The translations under genes and the position numbers were made by a program. A DNA stretch of 64,000 bases from Lingula anatina (taxonomy: Eukaryota > Animalia > Brachiopoda), in assembly GCA_051362555.1 (NCBI GenBank), contig CM120649.1, positions 15,266,567-15,330,566 on the forward strand, written 5' to 3'. Within the stretch, counting starts at the first letter, position 1. Each line of letters begins with the position of its first letter. This document shows, piece after piece, positions 36,775 through 49,250 of this stretch. Below the pieces are notes generated by a model. The model saw nothing but the letters and a program-made list of their open reading frames with translations. It made no database searches and was not told the DNA's origin.

Positions 36775-37171
36775 CCTTCATTCTATTTCTTTTTGTTCAC
36801 TTCACTTTCTTGTACGGAACGGGACAAGGAAACCTCGAACGACGCAGTGTATTAGCTCACTTAGTCGGAGGACAAGGTAAATTATTTCGACACTAACGTA
36901 AGCTTCTTCGGCTTTGGGTCTTTACAATGTTTCTGTCTTTCCATTTATAACGACATTAGCACATAAAGTCGGGGGCAAGGTAAACTTTTTTAACGTTACC
37001 GTAAACTTCTCCTGCTTTATGTCATTTCAACGTTTCTGTCTAGCCTTTTTCTATCGTTTTTCTATCTTTGTCTTTCGTGTGTACTTCGTGTATTTTAAGT
37101 ATAATTTTTATGTTATTTTTCTTGTATTTTAATTTGGTTGTCTTTACATTTTACGTTACACTTTGTTACTA

Positions 37172-37350
37172 AACTCGGAAACAGAAATGGAAGACGTCGA
37201 GAGAGTGGATGATCTCGGACTGACATACTTTTGTCACTTTATAGAATGTTAACAGAAAGCGGATGTTGTTTGCCTCACATGTGCAGATAGGAAACCTCAC
37301 CCTATGGTTTTGTACTGTAGTAAATGTCACGCCATCAAACACGGCCAACA
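37172..37350 (+). pseudogene. Orphan fragment of the B-box family gene (fifth zinc finger) with an in-frame stop
   Basis: NSETEMEDVERVDDLGLTYFCHFIEC*QKADVVCLTCADRKPHPMVLYCSKCHAIKHG, with TAA at 37250-37252. Homologous to about 48537-48710, and its first 25 nt match the last bases of the window. Confidence 0.8.
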
Positions 37351-37357
37351 GGTACCC

Positions 37358-37543
37358 CAGGCCCGTAGCCAGGGGGGGGGGGGGGTTCGGGGGGTTCGAA
37401 AGAACCCCCCTTTTTGCTGGAAAAAGGTCCACTCTGGGTAAAATTTGACCTAGGTACATGGGGATTATATGGTAAAAGGTCCACTTTTTCAGAAAAAGAA
37501 CCCCCCCCCCCCCCCCCCTTTGAAATTGCTGGCTACAGGCCTG
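37358..37543. mobile_element. MITE with CAGG...CCTG termini
   Basis: TIR CAGGCCCGTAGCCAG / CTGGCTACAGGCCTG, apparent 5-bp TSD TACCC on both sides, G/C runs inside. Confidence 0.75.
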
Positions 37544-37774
37544 TACCCTCTACCAGGGCGACTGATAGATTTTTACGGATATTCACAGATATGTCTCTAG
37601 CTAGATAGATTGTCATTTTCAACTGAAGTCACACTTAATATTTCTCAGGTAGCTTCCGCATGGCGTACGTTTTTAGTCAGAATCACATTGGACATGCTTA
37701 TCTGATGCGGGCTACAAGAATTAATAAAAGCCCATAGACTATTGAGCTATCATCTTCCATTAAATATTGTATGC

Positions 37775-37825
<51 letters not shown>

Positions 37826-37935
37826 GGGGTCCCCAATACCTGGGTCGAAGAGTCTTTGGACCGTTCTTTTTAATCAAAATAATTTCAAATTTGATGTTAA
37901 GTAGGTGCATTACACATTAACTTCTTTAATTTCAG

Positions 37936-38868
37936 GATACGTGTTCCTTGGGAAACTGCAACTCTGCCACAGAGATATTATGCCTCGACTGCTCATACAG
38001 CCTAATCCCAAAGCTTTGCGACATTTGTTTACAAAATCTGCACAAGAATTTGGTCCAAATTAATTCCATACCTTTAGAGGCATTCTATGCATCGCTCCGA
38101 CAATATCGATCAACTTGGAATTGGTAAATGCAAAATTCCAGTGCCGGTGTGTTGTGCCCTCCTGTGAAAGATTTGCTTGAATAATGTGCACTGAATGCGT
38201 AACACGTTGCATTCTACTGCTGTGCAACACATGTAACAAGCAAGTGCACATAGGTGACAGGGCTGGTCACCACAGGATTGACCTCTCTCACCTGATGGGC
38301 AATCAGACAGCAGTGTCAGACGAGCTGCATCAAGAAAAAGACAAAAATATAAAAGATTATTGTGGAATATGCTATTCCAAAGCAGTTAACGTATGTTTGG
38401 ATTGTGAGCATAAACTGTGCTCAAAATTTTGTGTAGAACACTATAAAAAAACACATTCACAATCAACATGCCACCAGAAGGTAAACATTTCAGAAGGAAC
38501 AATAGAACTAAACAAAGTTAAAGAACCCAAAAAAATACACCTGCCAGTGTAGGTTAATTGACCATTGTAAAGCCAATGCAGCTGCCGTTTGCCAGGATTG
38601 TTATCCTTCATTTGCTTTGCTGTATTGTGAAACGTGTGATGATTTAATACACAGCTTGGTTAAATCATCTACACACAGAACCATCCCACTGCAACAAGGG
38701 ACATTTGACTCTGACCAAGGTGACGATGATATTATACTTCCTATTGACGAAGACGACCACGGTGCATCAAGCAGCGAGGAAGCGCAATTAACGAAGCACG
38801 CTGTTGACGACACGGACAGAGAAACAGAAGAAGAAGAGGGGGAGCTACGTGGTCACGTGGTCCGATGA
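37936..38868 (+). pseudogene. Disrupted multi-B-box gene copy A (exon 2 equivalent, four fingers, no C-terminal domain)
   Basis: Acceptor TTTCAG|GAT as in copy B. DTCSLGNCNSATEILCLDC... is followed by a frameshift, an in-frame TGA just before 38184, and a second frameshift near the A run at about 38530 (TCQCRLIDHCKANAAAVCQDC in the shifted frame). No exon 1 seen. Confidence 0.75.
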
Positions 38869-38924
38869 CGACAATCGTGCAACCGGCGGAGCTGTCAAAC
38901 TCAGCTGCATTGTATACCTCTTGT

Positions 38925-39074
38925 GCCGTACAGGGGACTTTCCTAGTTCGGCGTGTGACTGCATAGATATAACCAGGACTGGAGGGAAATAAAATGGTAA
39001 AATATGTTACATATGAGGCTGTATCGGACACTCACTCATGACTGGAGTCAATTATTTTCATTGTCCGCGTGTGT

Positions 39075-39139
<65 letters not shown>

Positions 39140-40060
39140 TAAAAGGTGCACTTAAGATTGAAATCGATTTCACAAAGCTACAGGTTTACAATATTTGAGA
39201 TATAACAGCAGTACGTTTTGAGACAGGAACAGTCACAAATTGTGTGAACGCTTTTCTACATGAAGTCCAACCATCAACCGATAATCTGTATGTTTGATAA
39301 TTGCAAACCATATCGTCACAGGCCTGTTCAACAGTAGTTAAAAGAAATAGGGCATTCCCACTTTCATGTACAATGATAAGCACGATCGGGTCATATAGTA
39401 AAGATTTGAGAGGTTTTCCCTCTTGACATGGTAAAGCGGCCCAGCGCCCGATCGGGCCAAACCATAGAAAGCTATAAAAGCGCGTGCACGAGGCAGGTAA
39501 CCGTACAGTATCTGTTTTAAGCACGTGGCGGTAACTTTCACTCAGTCGGGATAGCAATAACATGAATGACAGCCAGACAGTGTGTTCCATGAAAAGCCGT
39601 ATGTATTACTATTAATTCCATGTTAATTATTTTTTATTGGCAAAGAAATATAACGTGATTATACATGTATTAACTAAGAAAATGTCCTACTTTAAACAAC
39701 GGTCACATTTCTTGAAATATTACCAAGCTATTGTCGTGTGTAAGTCGATCGTTAATATTAGCGTTCGTTCCTGCGTGTGATTGGAATGTGCATGCGCGTG
39801 CTTGTGTATGTGTAGTTCTGTATCCGTGTATAAGCATGTTTGTATTTATCTGCTTCTACATGTGTTTGTTAACTTAGGTGTGTGTGTATGTGTGTGTGTG
39901 TGCACGACTGCGTGTGTGTGTTTGATTGTGAACGGGTATGCTTGAGTGTGAGAGAGGGGGGAGGTGTAAAAGTGTTAACATTCAGCAGATCGTTGTCACA
40001 AACGTACAGATACACATTTAACTGGAAACAATCTTATGAAGTACTGTTTTAATCGACTAT
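38925..40060 (+). repeat. Segmental duplication block, paralogous to about 54345-55450 and partly to about 55775-56270
   Basis: Long near-identical direct repeats, e.g. GTGCCGTACAGGGGACTTTCCTAGTTCG...AAGGTGCACTTAAGATTGAAATCG... Confidence 0.9.
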
Positions 40061-40690
40061 ATCATAGAACATTCGCCATGAATACCGTTAGTGACAGATT
40101 AAATGAGTTCCCTAAAAACTCATCCAATTTAAATGGTATTTTAGCTTTCAATGATTTAGTCCGATCGGACTTACGTCTCTCGTATTGTACAGGTGGAATT
40201 CCCAATACGCTTTGATTAGTGATAGATCCATAAGCTATCATAGACTTCAATATAAATATGCACTCTCCCCATACCGATTGTCCCCTGTCGGGTGTTAACA
40301 ATGCGACACCCTAGATACACCCCTTTCTCTTTGGAATGCTTCACTCTAGATAAACCCACTTTGTCTTCGGAATGATTCTAAAGAGAAAAGGTAGTAGCCT
40401 GACTCGTGCCTTTAAAGTGTATTTGGGATTCCCCCCGGCTACTATGTACGATCGGACCAAATCACCGAAAGCTTTAAAGGCATGAGTCAGGCTACCTTAC
40501 CAGTTTATTGGTGGAAGTGCATGGAGGTAACATATACTATCAGCCGGTGTTGTGACAGCGTTGTTATAACATGACAGACAGTCAGACAGCGTGTTCCATA
40601 TAAAAGCCCTAAAATACTGAACTAAACAAACAGGAGTACCATATATCATACGGAGTTAGATACTTCACTTTGTGAATATATCTTTTCCAG

Positions 40691-41394
40691 AGAACACCAA
40701 CCAGATGGGTCAGACTGACCACCAAGAGACCACCACCAGACGGTCAGGAATCATCGCATACAGAGATGTGGGCACGGATATGACCAGGACTGGAGGTAGA
40801 TATGGGGCGGTGGGCATATACTGATTCTGATGGATGTGGTGATTTTCTTCTGATTACCTGTTTAAATTTATCATTTATCCAGTGTTTAACTATCAAGATA
40901 AAAAACACTAGCTTTCACCCTATCTTCCCGTTTTTGTCGTCTGCAGTCCTTCAGCACAAAAATACAAACTTTTTCACACCGTTGTATTATACTTGCAGGT
41001 CCCACAAGGCTGAGAAGACTGATAGCTACCATGGCTGTCGGCACGCAGACAGATGACTGTAAGTGTTAATTTATTGTCTCTTTTTAAATTTTATAAGAAT
41101 ATGCACACTTTTCCAATCTCTCACTTTTATTTTATTTTATTTTTTCACTTTCTGTTTCACTTATTGTGTGTCTGTTTGTCTGTCTGTCTGTTTGTTGTGT
41201 TGGCTCACGGTTAAAACTAAAATACTCTCAATCAAATCTAATACAGTTGAAGTATGTCAGCGCTATTCTCCTTAATTCACCGAGTCATGACAGTTTCAGA
41301 GAATTCTGGACAGAGGGGTCAGGCTGACCAACCAATCCACGCAAGACGTTGTAACAGAGGCGGGACGCCCTGTGGTGACCCTGGTCCCATGTGA
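40691..41394 (+). CDS. Putative chain of three small exons of an unidentified gene
   Basis: 40691-40795, 40999-41058 and 41294-41394 have AG/GT boundaries and join in phase 1: NTNQMGQTDHQETTTRRSGIIAYRDVGTDMTRTG-GPTRLRRLIATMAVGTQTDD-FSENSGQRGQADQPIHARRCNRGGTPCGDPGPM*. No start exon found. Confidence 0.35.
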
Positions 41395-42660
41395 CCCCAC
41401 TGACCAGTGTGACCATAGACTGGACACGGGTGACAACACCAGAAAGATAAATAGAGCACCTGCTGTCTGTAAATTGCGGTTATACTGCGGACCTCTGCTG
41501 CTTGATGTTTGGACAGTGCGTGATTCTTTCGTCAAATTCTTCTAGCAAGGGCTGCACATTTACGGGACGTCTCCTAGTAATAAAGAATAGCTTAATAATG
41601 TCTCTGTTATATGGATTAGAAAGTAAAAGGAAAACCAGAATAGATTATGTTACTTAATTTCTTTATTTTTTTAGTAAATAAAATTTGATATTCTAGTTTG
41701 TTCTTGACATTTTTACCCAAAAGCTGCCAATAACCCAAATGCCATTTCCAGGCATTTTTTGTATTATTTTATTTTAGTTTTATTATTTATTAATAGTTTG
41801 CATTAAATTAAAATTTTTGGTGGGTGGGTTGGGTCGGTAGCTTATTTGTCATGTTTAGTAGCTACTGGCAATTGTAAGAAAATTACACCTTTCTTAAAGC
41901 GTTTTTCTTTTTTAATTTTTTTTTCAATCCATTAAAATCCATCTAATTCGAAAACGACCACAGTTCTTCATTATAGAAAGCTATAAGCTCTCTGCATCCA
42001 ACGTAAAATATTCGTAACCATCGATGCTAGTGATTTAGTCACATGCATGTACTAAGTAGGCTACATACAATAGTGCAATACATTCACCAACTTTTTTTCC
42101 ATCACTCGGGCATCAGTTCCTGTCTTTATTACAATTAAGGACCCAACTTGACCGGTAAAGCGGAATGAACTTTAACTGTTTGCCAAAGTCTGATCGAGCC
42201 TATTCTACGCCTTAGAGGTCCGATCGTGCTTTATTGATTTCAGTACTAGTAGTCTATAGGGACCTACCTTGTATGCTTTGTCACCATGTAAAAGGGGATT
42301 CCCCCAAGTCCGATCGGACATGCTCAGTTCGACCGTGCCGGATGGGGATTTTTCTACGTCATTTTAATATCGACGCGAGATTCCAAAGGCATAAATAAAT
42401 TGGTAAATCATGTTATGTATGATGTTGCGTCGGACGCTCCTGGATTTAATGAGGTCTATTCAATAGTGCGTAAGATTTGAAACATATTCGTTTACAAATT
42501 GTTTACCTAGACTACGTCAATCAGCAGAAACTGTTCAAAATTCGGCCCATTTCACAATGGCAGATGAGGACAGTTACAGTCCGCTGGACTTGTCTCCCCC
42601 TGAGACAGGCGCTAGCCCTCAAAGTCAGCAAAACATGTCTGAAATTCGTCAAGCAACTCA
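41220..42660 (+). repeat. Segmental duplication block, paralogous to about 56400-58464 plus 61666-62020
   Basis: Collinear homologous sequence including the promoter and exon 1 of the B-box genes. The second copy is interrupted by the 58465-61665 element. Confidence 0.88.
42294..42354 (+). promoter_or_regulatory. Paired NF-kappaB-type sites plus GTCCGATCGGAC palindrome upstream of B-box gene B
   Basis: GGGGATTCCCC at 42294-42304, GTCCGATCGGAC at 42308-42319 and GGGGATTTTTC at 42344-42354, about 200-260 bp before the ATG at 42557. Confidence 0.5.
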
Positions 42661-42925
42661 TCCAGGATTCGGTCAGGAAGAAGCCCAACAAGAAAACAGC
42701 TATGGCTACAGTTTTTCACCAAATATTCAAACATCCAAAGCAGCCAGTCTTCCAATGTCCGGCATCAGTGCATTTGCACATGTGGTGAGTAGGCCAATTT
42801 TGCATTCATTCACAGATTTGCGTAAATTAAACTATAGTATCAAATAACCTAAATTGAATCTATTTAGGTTATTGATTTGAAATGGTGACCGGTTGTAATT
42901 AAAAAAAAGGGCACTCTGGAGAATG

Positions 42926-42970
<45 letters not shown>

Positions 42971-43211
42971 GGAGGGGGGGGGGGCTCGTAACTCCGTCGT
43001 GCCAGCCTGTTGTGAAGAATTGGATCATTCCGGATTCGAATGGCGGGTTTTTTTTCAGCTATCATTTGCCATTTTAAGTTAAAACTTTTGTATGCAACGA
43101 GGGAGAGAGGGCCGGGGTTCCCAAAATCTGGATCAAGGGAGCCTTGGGCCGTTTTTTTCTTTTCTTTTTTTTTTTTTAATATAAGTTTGGTGTTAAAAGT
43201 AAATCGAGATT

Positions 43212-43252
<41 letters not shown>

Positions 43253-46200
43253 GTAGGGGGGATCGCCGTCGTGATCAACCTGTTGGGTGAAAATGGATCA
43301 TTTCATATTCAAAACACACCGATCGCGTTTTCTTTAAGCTTTCCCTGCTCTTTATTTTACTTTGTGACAGGAGAAGGGTCCCCGTGCAAGTCTGTCGTTT
43401 TCTAATTCAAAATGGTGATTTTTAATTAGGTACGGGATAAACATTGAGACGAAACGTTGTTATAATAAAAATGCATTGGGGCCTACCTTTGGTTGTGTTT
43501 ATATGTAATTAAATTGAAATGGCTGGGAAAACGTTGAATTTATGTTTGAAAACGGACGTTTGTGTCAACGTTGAATCAACGTTGGCAATTCAACGTTGAA
43601 TCATGATTGATAGTTCAATGTTGTTTCAACATTAGAAATCTCAATCAACGTTGATTATATATGTTGATTTAGCATTGATTATATCTTGATTTAACATTAA
43701 ATAAAAGTTGAGACAAAGCATTTTCAATGTCTTTATTTTGTCCCTGCATAAAAGGAAAAATGCTGCTAATTTAAGTAGTTAAAATATACATAGTTTACAA
43801 CATAGCAATAATAAATAAAAAACTAAGAACAACACTTTTTTTTTACAAAACAAAGCTGCACATCGAATCTGAACTAACACAAAAATTGTCATTAATTATG
43901 CATGTGCATGGTGGGGGGGGAGAGATTTTTGCACACTTTAACCTAAATTATACTATACATTGTCATTTTTAAAGTAAATTATAATTCAAACATATCATTA
44001 ATAATCATAATCACTAGTTCTGTAATAAATAAATCTTGAATAATGAATGAAAAAACATTGTTTTTTAGATGACAGAGAGTTCATTATAACAAAATTATAA
44101 ATAACCATGCAGTAACTGTTTCAATTAAACTTGCATGCTGTCTACATACATGCAAACTCTGAAAAAAGAATGATGTATACCCCATAGATACAGATGTACA
44201 ATGAAAAGACAATTACATGTGCACAAACACAAACCCCAGTATATTGCTGATGCTTTTGAATAAAATTACATCATGAATAAAATCACTCAATGAGTTGAAC
44301 CAGTTTGGAACACTTGTGCTTTTTTCATATCCATATCACTAAGAAATGATACATCAGGCTCCTTGACAAGCTAATAATAATTAAAGGAATTAACAATGCA
44401 ACAAGTACATCTACCAAATTAACAACAGCTCATTTAAATGTCAGGTAAAAACACAACATCCCTTCCTTTGTCAAAGAGAATTAAACTGTCCTTTCAAATA
44501 TATGCTAATTGACAGTTCAGTCTTTAAATTGTCTTTTCAAACATCTGCAGAATAACATATGAACTCCAACTATAATTATTCTAACCACATTGAAAATTCT
44601 CAAATCTAATAAACTCATATCAAACCCCATGTCCCTTTCACTACTACAAATTCCACATGGTCTCTTTCTTTGCCTGCCTTTAAGTCACATTCAAATGCTC
44701 CCTTCACTTGAAAGGTTTCTCAGACGTGTCTGAATACTGTTTGTTTTGTGGTCCTCCACAAGAGCCTGAGACGCATTTTTTTTCTTGGATTGCAGCATTC
44801 CCCATGTATTTTCATCAATGTTATTACAATATGCGCCTGAATCTGGTTATACAGCTAGTACACTGAGATTAATGCCGCCTATCTCTATTTCCACCAAGTC
44901 TCAGTGTATATTGCATTGGTTACCCCACACCAAATGTATATGCACTCCTGGATTATCATGTTCATAACTGTCATATACATGAATATTAGTTTCAGTTTTG
45001 CAGACTTGTTGCACGTTCCATGTTTTCTCAGTCGGGTGGTTTCTACTTCGTTTTTTCATGTCTGAACTCGTGGTGTTTAGACTGAGTTGGTTTGTCAAAT
45101 GACTTCGGTTTTTAACATACTCACAGTTTCTGGAGTTGCACTTTCATTTAAAGCGTTAACAGTCTATGTGTATCCATGTTTCACACCTGCAGAATGTTCG
45201 GGAGAGTCATGAAAATATCTTGTACACATGTCCCCCTGAATGCTACATCAGCGCGCGTCTCTTCTGACATGTATTTTTTAATTTTCTGTCTTTGTTCATT
45301 ATTTCTTTTCGTCCGTTGGTTCTGAAACGATCAAACCTTTTCCGTCAGCAAATGATTTATCTCTCTCTTTCTCATCCTGCAAACTGTCTAGCCAGCGTGG
45401 CCCGTATTTCTCCGGTGTCACGTGAAGAAACCGTCGTCGTGAATAAACCGTTCTGACGGATTATTCACGCGGGGTTAGCAGTCTGTTGACTTACAGTGAG
45501 TAGCTGCACATGCATTTCCAACATTTTCCCGTAGAGAAAGTTGTAGTATTATCAAACACACAATTTCTTTTTAATGAAAATTAATGACTGAACTCTGAAT
45601 TGAAAGAACATTGTAGAGTGAAAGCATTTAAACTACGAGTCTTAGATCTACCACGTTTTTCACACAGAGCAAAACAGTTCAGTCACGATCAAAAGCTCAC
45701 TTCCAACATTCCCCTGTATACTGTACATGTAGTAATACGTTTATCAAATACATACTCTCTCATGACGAAAACCACTGAATTATGAATTGAAAGATCATAG
45801 TTCAGTGCAAATATAGCGCCTACTTAGGACGACATTGTCATACCGGAAGTTACTTCTTTCAAACTACCCTCACTGCGCATGTGCAGAACGGTTTCGTCAC
45901 GGCACGGGTCTATCACGCCACACCTGACTTCTGTACGCTTCGAATTTCGTAATTTCACGTTTTCCTCCATTTTCTCAAAGAAAGTTGGCTCGCAGTTTTG
46001 CACTAAAGTTAATCCTCGTCTCCAGTGTTATTGCCTTCGAATTATATCGCATCACGAATCGAATCAATCAACGAATTGTATCAGTTTGATACGCCTGTGC
46101 TTCTTCGTATCCACAACTCTAAAAACGCTACATCCGGGTACTTGACCGGCTTGTCATAAAAAGCGGAATTTAAAAATAGCGGAACGAGTACTTAGCTCTA

Positions 46201-46445
46201 AAAAGTTAACAGTTCATTCAAATGTCAAGTCCAATTTATATCAAATAGTGCAAATATGATGAGGGGACTTTGAAGTTTGAAGAAAAGAGAGAAAGAGAGA
46301 GATAAATCAAAATTGATCAAATGACGTTAGTTCAATGCATTCAGCTCACTTGTCAATAAAAAAAAATAGACAAAAATTAAATAATTAAAATAATAAAATA
46401 AATAAAAAATAAAATAAATGACATCACCAAATATTGGCTTGATGG

Positions 46446-46492
<47 letters not shown>

Positions 46493-49250
46493 GACACAGA
46501 TTTGTCTGTATAGGGTTCAAATAACTGTCACCTGCGGTCTGTCGTCGCGGTTGGCATGCATACTGTCTCAAGTTGAAATGCAAAAACTGAATCCATGTTG
46601 AATTAACATCTTTAACTAATTATAAGTTACCTCCTGAATAGTCATTATGTTAACTTGAAATGCCAAAGTTGAATCAATGTTAAAACCTGACCAGAAAATC
46701 AATGTTGGGAGGAATAATTGAATCAATGTGAAAAATTTACTCAAACATCAACATTCAAAAATGCAAGTTGAATAAGGTTGAAATAATGTAGGTTTATCAA
46801 CTCAATCTTACTTCAAAGTTGAATCAATGTTGAAATGCCAACGTTGAATTTGTTGTCGTTGAATCAAAGTTGAATCAATGTTGATATGCCAATGTTGAAT
46901 TTGTTGTCGTTGAATCAACGTTGAATCAATGTTGAAATGTCAACGTTGAATTTGTTGTCGTTGAATCAAAGTTGAATCAATGTTGAAATGCCAACATTGA
47001 ATTTGTTGTCGTTGAATCAAAGTTGAATCAACATTGAAATGCCAACGTTGAATTTGTTGTCGTTGAATCAATGTTGAATCAACGTTGAAATGCCAACGTT
47101 GAATTTGTTGTCGTTGAATCAAAGTTGAATCAACGTTGAAATGCCAACGTTGAATTTGTTGTAGTTGAATCAACGTTGAATCAACGTTGAAATGCCAACG
47201 TTGAATAATGGTCGTTGAATCAACGTTGTTTCAACGTTTATCAACGTCTCAACATAAATTCAACGTTGAATCAACGTTGTGTGCCTGCTGGGAAGTTCAC
47301 GCTTATATTAGCAATTTATTATACACAAAAATATAAAAGTATAATTGTGTAAACGTGTTCCTTTCTTTTCCATTAAGAAAATTGAGCCTTTCTAAAATTG
47401 AGCCTTTGATTCAACTTCGACGGATGATGTCTACTGTAATAATGTGATGTCTACTGTAATAATGTCTGACACGGGTATTACCGTACTCATCAACTCCACA
47501 ATTTCAGGATAGGTGCTCAAAAGAAAGTTGTCCATCGCCAGCAGAAGAAGTCTGCCTGGACTGCTACTACAGTGTTATACCCAAATTTTGTGATAAATGT
47601 TTCAGCCGACAGCACCAAAAACACGTTAAACACAGAACATTTCCAATCAACGCATTCTGTCACATCGCCCAGCTAACTACAGGGGAAAGAAATGCAGCTA
47701 CAACACGAATGCCACGTTCATACCCTGTCTCATCAACGGCTGCGACACGTGATAATAACATGGGGACGAGAACAGAAACTACTACAGTATGTAAATACAC
47801 GTGCTTTAAAGCAGTCTTGACTCCTTTCTGCGAAGGAGTTGCCACAGTGATGTGCATCGAATGCACACACCGTTTGGCTCTACTGCTGTGCCACAAATGT
47901 GACCATGATATTCACACGAATGAACGTTCTGGCCATATTAGGGTTCCCCTAAGTCATCTCAAAGCCGATCTGACTCAAACAGTGTCTCCAAAAGAGCTGC
48001 TTGTAGACAATAAAACTGTACTGCAAAATAATACATTCCATATGTGTTTTGACTGCAAAGCCCTTGCAGTGTCTCTGATGTGTCTCGATTGTGAACAAAA
48101 AGATTACCCAAAAATGTGTCGCACGCATGCTGCCGACCATCATAGAAACAGTTGGTCAACATGCCACAATAGGATCAAGTTGTCAGACGGAACAAGAATA
48201 CCGATACACATTTGTCAGTGGAGATGGAAAGGAAGATGTAAAAACGTAGCTACACTGGTGTGTGTAGATTGTCGTCCGTTGAGTGGTTTGTTATTTTGTC
48301 AGACCTGTGATAATAATTTACACCGTTTACTCATTTCAAACCACCGAAGACTTCCAATACAACAAAGGGCACCAGAAGAAAAGAGCTTGCCATCTCATGG
48401 TAACTCTCGCCAAAATGACTTCTTTATACGTGTTCAAAACGAGGAGGACAGCAGCCCTGCAACATTACCGACACACAGCGTGGACGCACACACTATGACG
48501 GCTGCTGTTGATGGCACAAACTTTGCCATCGACACCAACTCAGAAACAGAAATGGAGGGTGAAAGTGCGGACGAAGTTGAATCAACATACATTTGTTACT
48601 TTAAAGGATGTAAGGAAAAAGCCGATGTTTTTTGCCCCACATGTGCAAATAAGAAACCTCCACCTATTGTTTACTATTGTAGTAAATGTTACGCCAATAA
48701 ACACGGTCTGAAGAAACAGGAGTCCATTCAAATAAATGAAAAAGTCAACGAGCCAGGGGTTCAGACAGGTGCAGAAGTTGCAGCCATACCTTCATATAAG
48801 TTCACAGAAAACGTCGAAAAAGATATGGCTTCTGGTGCAGACGACCTCGCAACACCCCCTGTTCAGCAACCTGAACAAACTCCGCAGAAATCAACTATCA
48901 AACGTCGGGCGAGCGCAGCTTCCATGAATTCCCTACATATCATCCACGATCGATACGCTGAGGTGAAAAAGAGAGTGATTGACCACGGGGACAAGCTGGA
49001 GTCAGCTTTCGATAACGCAAGGGTCGCAAAGTCAACTTTTTGGGGCAAGATCGGAATAGCAGAACTTAATTTAATAGATCCCCAAAAATACCAGAAATTA
49101 CAAGTGGAACACAGCAAGTCTAAAACAACGACTTTGCAAAAGTTTGAAAATCTGTGCCGTGAAGAAATAAAAAACAATTGTCAAGAAAAAGTGAGTAAGG
49201 CTAGAGAAGATGGTACACTTATCAAACTGCAAACTAAGGCCTATGACTAA
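42557..49250 (+). CDS. Multi-B-box zinc-finger protein with a C-terminal CCDC106-like domain (copy B, about 656 aa)
   Basis: Exon 1 42557-42784 (GTGAG donor, phase 0) joins exon 2 47508-49250 (TTTCAG acceptor), in frame with the 513-aa ORF. Five C..C..CxxC..CxxC/H..H..H B-box-like units. The C-terminal RY...AF...RV...T...IAEL...P.K...L..F...C...KV pattern resembles CCDC106. Confidence 0.85.
43530..47292. mobile_element. Non-autonomous CACTA/EnSpm-like DNA transposon in intron 1 of gene B
   Basis: Right terminus ...GTGTGCCTGCTGGG (CCCAGCAGGCAC on the - strand). Dense AACGTTGAATC subterminal repeats at both ends in inverted orientation. The left outermost TIR appears lost, and the element is absent from the paralogous intron of gene C. 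Confidence 0.65.
46816..47230. repeat. 51-bp minisatellite (about 7-8 copies) made of subterminal repeats
   Basis: Unit AAAGTTGAATCAA(C/T)GTTGAAATGCCAACGTTGAATTTGTTGTCGTTGAATC. It gives the 17-aa periodicity seen in ORF 46940-47173. Confidence 0.9.

Noticed and set aside
46816-47230. CRISPR-like array
   Set aside because: Eukaryotic context and contiguous tandem units with no unique spacers. These are transposon subterminal repeats.
47709-49250. TRIM E3 ligase
   Set aside because: No RING domain, no long coiled-coil after the B-boxes and no NHL or SPRY domain visible.
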